Positions 60,220 through 64,000 of a stretch of 64,000 nt of DNA are shown one piece after another. Position numbers and translations under genes: made by a program. How positions within the stretch are numbered: position 1 is the first letter of the stretch; every line of letters begins with the position of its first letter. The notes beneath the pieces were generated by a model, which had not been told where the DNA came from, made no database searches, and saw only the letters and a program-made list of their open reading frames with translations. Source of the stretch: Candidatus Methanomethylophilaceae archaeon (lineage in GTDB: Bacteria > Bacteroidota > Bacteroidia > Bacteroidales > Bacteroidaceae); contig CAVBFD010000006.1 in assembly GCA_963594655.1 (NCBI GenBank), forward strand, positions 1-64,000, written 5' to 3'.

Positions 60220-61243
60220 AGTCTAATATCTTATTGTTTAGTATTGTCTGTCTGCCGTTCAGTATCTCCACCTCAATCGGTATGGCGTAGACCGACCCGT
60301 ACATCGGCATCTGTCCCCTGTCGAGTCTCGCCATGTCTTTCTCCGTGGTTATTATGACACGCGGCCTGTCGCCCGGCATCCTGTTGAACTCCTCCGTTAT
60401 ATGTCTGTAATCGCCCTGCGTAAAGGCATGATGGTCAGCGTACCGCAGGAAGCGGAATCCGGTGTGGCTACCAATCAGCGCCGTCAACGGACTCGGGTTG
60501 GCTATTCCCGTAAGCAACAGCACACGGTAGTCCGCCAACCGGTCCAACTCTATCTGTCTGCTCCCATGATAGGGATTGCCGTACCTTATCCCACTGAAGA
60601 AGAACGACTGTCTGTCCTCCAGCCTCAACTCGCCGCGTACTCTTTCCTCCGCGGCGTCATCCACCACCTCTGTCACCTTGGTGGCGATGACCACGTCCGC
60701 ACGTCTACCGCCACCGGCGTTTTCCCTCAACCTGCCGCAGGGCAGGAGACGGTCATGGGTGTAAAGACGGTGGCAGTCGGTCAACAGAATGTTCAGTCCC
60801 GCCCTGACCCTGCGGTGCTGAAAAGCGTCGTCAAGCAGCACCACATCCGTGTCCGCCGTTTCCGGGCAGGTCATTATCCTATGTATCCCTTCACACCGGT
60901 CGGCATCCACCGCCACAGCCACTGTCGGGAACTTCCTCTTAATCTGGTAAGGCTCGTCGCCTATGTCGAGTGAGGTGGACCTGTCGTCAGCCAACACGAA
61001 ACCGCGGCTCTTCCTCTTGTAGCCCCTACTCAGGACAGCCACCTTCAGTCCCTCCGCCTGCAGGAGTCTGATGACATACTCGATGAAAGGGGTCTTGCCT
61101 GTACCGCCTACCGCCAGATTGCCCACACAGATGACAGGCATGCCGTAGGCGCGCGACTGGAGGATTCCACGGTCGTACATGAAGTTACGTATGGATGTCA
61201 CTCCATCGTATATCCAGGACAAGGGCAACAACCACCAGTACAT
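60158..61243 (-). CDS. lpxK: Tetraacyldisaccharide 4'-kinase
   Basis: VICVGNLAVGGTGKTP P-loop; 361 aa; 3' end overlaps next gene by ~62 bp. Confidence 0.85.
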   Translation of the reverse strand: MYWWLLPLSWIYDGVTSIRNFMYDRGILQSRAYGMPVICVGNLAVGGTGKTPFIEYVIRLLQAEGLKVAVLSRGYKRKSRGFVLADDRSTSLDIGDEPYQIKRKFPTVAVAVDADRCEGIHRIMTCPETADTDVVLLDDAFQHRRVRAGLNILLTDCHRLYTHDRLLPCGRLRENAGGGRRADVVIATKVTEVVDDAAEERVRGELRLEDRQSFFFSGIRYGNPYHGSRQIELDRLADYRVLLLTGIANPSPLTALIGSHTGFRFLRYADHHAFTQGDYRHITEEFNRMPGDRPRVIITTEKDMARLDRGQMPMYGSVYAIPIEVEILNGRQTILNNKILDYVRENSRDNTVPEREDEVKS

Positions 61244-61249
61244 GTTCGG

Positions 61250-63025
61250 TCACAGATTGAATTTGATGATGTAAGGCATCGCCGCCTGGATGAGGTCGCG
61301 ATCACCAAGCTCTTTCGCAGAGCGCAACAGGCCGTAGAACTCGCCCAGACTGTTGCGCAACTCATAGTCCATCTGCTCCATGCCCAATATCCGTCCGACA
61401 AGACCATCCCAGAAGTCGGTCTTCACCGGGTATTCCACTACCGAGCAGTCCTTCAACTTAGCCCGTTTCTTAGCCACGGTCACCGCGTCCTGTAGACCGC
61501 CCAACTGGTCCACCAGTCCCAACCGTCTTGCGTGGAGTCCTGTCCACACCCGTCCCTCTCCAATCACCTTGATGGAGTCCTGCGGCATGTCCCGTCCGTC
61601 GGCGCAACGCTTGGTGAAGAGTTCATATCCACGGTTGACATACCCTTGCAGGAGTCTTGACTCCCCTCCGTTCATCGGCCGGTAGATACTGCCGAAGTCG
61701 GAGTACTCGTTGGTCTTGACCGTGGAGAAATGTAACCCGAGCTTGTCCTCCAGCAGTTCCCCTGCATCGGGAATCATACCGAAGATGCCTATAGATCCTG
61801 TCAGTGTCGTCGGTTCAGCCACAATCCAGTCGGCGGCGCACGAGATGTAATAGCCGCCGCTCGCCGCGTAGCCGCCCATCGACACCACGATGGGTTTCCT
61901 CGCCTTTATGTTCATGACCTGATGCCATATCTGCTCGGCGGCATAGGCACTCCCTCCGGGAGAGTTTACCCTCAATACCACAGCCTTCACGTTGTCGTCC
62001 TCAGCCAGTGACTTGAGGTCCTCCACCACCTGACTGCCAATAATCTGTGGCTCTGAATAGAGTGACGACACCTCATCCTGTATGATGTTGCCGGTGGCGT
62101 AATAGACCGCTATCTGGTTGGGCTGGTCACTCGTGGCCGGTATGGCTGTGGTCAGCAGGTCGTACATGCCCACCTCGCAGTACTCGTCCTCCCCACACCC
62201 TATCATGCGTGATATGATGCCCGGCATGTCGTCTATGTATGCCGTCCTGTCCACTATACGGTTCTTCTCGTAGTAGGCAGCGGACTTGAACATCAGTCCA
62301 CCGTCCACCAGACCGTCCAAGCGGGACTTCTTAATCTTGCGCGACTTACTTATGTCGGCAAGCATCTCGTCCCATATCTCACCTGTGAACACCGATGTCT
62401 GTTCCCTGTTGGCGACACTCATGCTGTCGATCATGTACGGTTCGACGGCCGACTTGTATGTGCCTACCTTGAACACCTGCATGTCCACGCCCACCTTCTT
62501 CAGCAGACTGGTGTAGTACATGGTGGTGCTGGACAAACCGCTCAGTTCAATCATGCCACTGGGGTTGACCACCAGCGAGTCAGCCACACTGCACACGTAG
62601 TAGGCTCCCTGCGTGTAGTTGTCCGCATAGGCCACGATAAACTTACCGCTTTTCCTGAAGTCCTCAAGCTCGTCCCTCAGTTCCTGCAACATGGCAGGGG
62701 CGGCCCCCGTGAGCAGTCCACACCTTATATATATGCCCTTCACGTTAGGGTTCATCCCCGCAAGGCGGATGGCACTGAACACATCGTCCAGTCCTGTGGT
62801 ACTCAACGTGTTCCCCAACACGTCACCAAGCGGGTCGGACGTACTCCTGTCCATAAGTGAACCGTCCAACTGTATAAGCACTACGGAGTTCTTCCCCACG
62901 TTCACAGTCCTTGAACTGGAGGGGAAGAGAAGCATACAGACGGCGGCCATCATGAAACAGAACAGCGTGCCTAAGGCGGCTATGCCACTGGTTGTAATCA
63001 GAACATATTTCCAAACCTTTTTCAT
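61250..63025 (-). CDS. sppA: Signal peptide peptidase SppA, 67K type
   Basis: N-terminal TM, tandem ClpP/crotonase-like S49 domains, 591 aa. Confidence 0.8.
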   Translation of the reverse strand: MKKVWKYVLITTSGIAALGTLFCFMMAAVCMLLFPSSSRTVNVGKNSVVLIQLDGSLMDRSTSDPLGDVLGNTLSTTGLDDVFSAIRLAGMNPNVKGIYIRCGLLTGAAPAMLQELRDELEDFRKSGKFIVAYADNYTQGAYYVCSVADSLVVNPSGMIELSGLSSTTMYYTSLLKKVGVDMQVFKVGTYKSAVEPYMIDSMSVANREQTSVFTGEIWDEMLADISKSRKIKKSRLDGLVDGGLMFKSAAYYEKNRIVDRTAYIDDMPGIISRMIGCGEDEYCEVGMYDLLTTAIPATSDQPNQIAVYYATGNIIQDEVSSLYSEPQIIGSQVVEDLKSLAEDDNVKAVVLRVNSPGGSAYAAEQIWHQVMNIKARKPIVVSMGGYAASGGYYISCAADWIVAEPTTLTGSIGIFGMIPDAGELLEDKLGLHFSTVKTNEYSDFGSIYRPMNGGESRLLQGYVNRGYELFTKRCADGRDMPQDSIKVIGEGRVWTGLHARRLGLVDQLGGLQDAVTVAKKRAKLKDCSVVEYPVKTDFWDGLVGRILGMEQMDYELRNSLGEFYGLLRSAKELGDRDLIQAAMPYIIKFNL

Positions 63026-63072
63026 CGGTCACAGAATTAAATCAAAGCGTTGACATGCAAGTGCGTCAACGT

Positions 63073-64000
63073 TCACTTCAACGACTTGTAATACTCACAG
63101 GCGGCAAGCAACCACGCGCCTGTGCCGAACGGATGCTGGGATGACGCGTCAGCCAGACGTGTCGGGTCGGGCTTCTCCCCTATCGGTTGCACGTAACCGA
63201 TACCCCCGTCCGGTTGGAGGGCCACCTTAGTGAGATAAGTCCACGCCTTGTCTATCACCGGCTTATATTCCTTGGCGTTCAACAGTCCGTTGTTCACGCC
63301 CCAAAGCAGTCCGTAGGTAAAGAAAGCAGTGCCGCTCGTCTCGTATCCCGGCGCGTCGTCCTCACAAAGCATCGACCGTGTCCAGTAGCCTTCCTCCCGC
63401 TGGCATCCAGCCACCGCCTTTGCCAGCTGCCGGAACCGCTGCACGTAGAAGGGTCTGTACTTGCTGTCCTTGGGCAAATCCTGCAACACCTTGGCAAGAC
63501 CGGCAAGCACCCAACCGTCACCGCGCGCCCAGAAACTCTTGCCCTCGCCACAAGCCGTCTTCACCTTAGGGTAGACATACTTGCCGTCACGGTAGTAGAG
63601 ACGCGCCTCCTTGTCGAACAACAGGTCGTCGGTCCACTTGAAACACTCGTACTGCTTGTCGAGCAACTGCTGGTTGTGGGTCACCGTATACAGTTTCGTG
63701 AATATCGGGAAACCCATGTAAAGCGCGTCAGACCACCACCAGTAGTCCGCCTTGTCGGACTTTGCCTGATACATCATCACTTCCAACGCGCGCTGTATGC
63801 GCTCCGCGCGGCGCTCCTGCTTGTAGAGGTCGATGTACACCTGGAAGCATATCTGCCAGTCGGCGAACAGCACATAGTCCATGCCCTCACCGTAAGTGGC
63901 GTACTTCCACTTACTCTTGTCCGTCTGTGTCGCTCCCTTCCAGTGGTTGTACTCAGCCCACTCCAGGGCATAGTCGAGATACTCCTGTCTGCCAGTCAGA
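63073..64000 (-). CDS. Glycoside hydrolase family 105/88 unsaturated glycuronyl hydrolase, 5'-truncated by window edge
   Basis: Reading frame is open to position 64000 upstream of the listed Met; (alpha/alpha)6-barrel YteR-like blocks (DWQ..., WWWSDALYM). Confidence 0.6.
   Translation of the reverse strand, partial: LTGRQEYLDYALEWAEYNHWKGATQTDKSKWKYATYGEGMDYVLFADWQICFQVYIDLYKQERRAERIQRALEVMMYQAKSDKADYWWWSDALYMGFPIFTKLYTVTHNQQLLDKQYECFKWTDDLLFDKEARLYYRDGKYVYPKVKTACGEGKSFWARGDGWVLAGLAKVLQDLPKDSKYRPFYVQRFRQLAKAVAGCQREEGYWTRSMLCEDDAPGYETSGTAFFTYGLLWGVNNGLLNAKEYKPVIDKAWTYLTKVALQPDGGIGYVQPIGEKPDPTRLADASSQHPFGTGAWLLAACEYYKSLK

Noticed and set aside
1-64000. tRNA, rRNA and CRISPR arrays
   Set aside because: No T-arm GTTCGAATC-like motifs in intergenic DNA and no regularly spaced direct repeats with unique spacers. 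The repeat arrays present are 22-bp phased palindromes without spacers of CRISPR length.

Overview
This 64-kb window looks like a moderately GC-rich Bacteroidota (Bacteroidales-type) chromosomal segment. The call rests on repeated TAnnTTTG -7 promoter octamers (mostly the identical TACCTTTG), lipoprotein-type signal peptides, a GH97 SusB-like enzyme and split MacB genes. Start coordinates follow the supplied six-frame ORF track. Several track ORFs begin at TTG or GTG, and I moved those starts to the first plausible ATG where N-terminal alignment supported it.

Most of the window is housekeeping and densely packed:
- a PMCA-type P-type ATPase and an NhaC antiporter
- an unannotated RNase P RNA (rnpB)
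- a TolC/MacA/MacB efflux operon
- an ilvD-ilvB-ilvN-ilvC operon
- a GH43-SGNH fusion hydrolase, and an NfeD/flotillin pair
- mfd, uxuA with an SDR (uxuB-like) neighbour, and a GH97 enzyme
- nrnA, rpe, glmM, plsC, a stand-alone MetH activation-domain protein, pyrC and cstA
- an RsmF-like methyltransferase
- a ribosomal cluster (tsf-rpsB, rpsI-rplM)
- yicC-gmk-nadD, thiL, a purine nucleoside phosphorylase, lpxK and sppA
- a partial GH105/88 hydrolase running off the right edge

The clearly accessory part is at the left edge, 739-4210. It is an AT-shifted, translationally coupled M-R-M operon: two small, distinct C5-cytosine methyltransferases flank a 471-aa protein. That protein has an uncharacterised ~330-aa N-terminal domain and a C-terminal PD-(D/E)XK nuclease motif. 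The layout resembles a Type IIS-like restriction-modification system with asymmetric recognition.

The most unusual sequence-level signal is a repeat element present twice, at 166-310 and 47407-47520. Each copy has a conserved TAACTTTTTGACAAA box followed by four CTCGAG-centred 12-14-bp palindromes (TCACTCGAGTGA) spaced at exactly 22 bp. One copy lies upstream of the M-R-M operon. The other lies in a convergent intergenic gap with no downstream gene. The arrangement is iteron- or operator-like and is not explained by any annotated feature.

A second candidate novel locus is a cell-surface gene pair at 51998-56036. A 901-aa coiled-coil lipoprotein is encoded with a secreted protein that carries a tandem dockerin-like calcium-binding repeat. 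A convergent beta-barrel outer-membrane protein gene sits next to them.

No tRNA, rRNA, CRISPR array, transposase or integrase was recognised.
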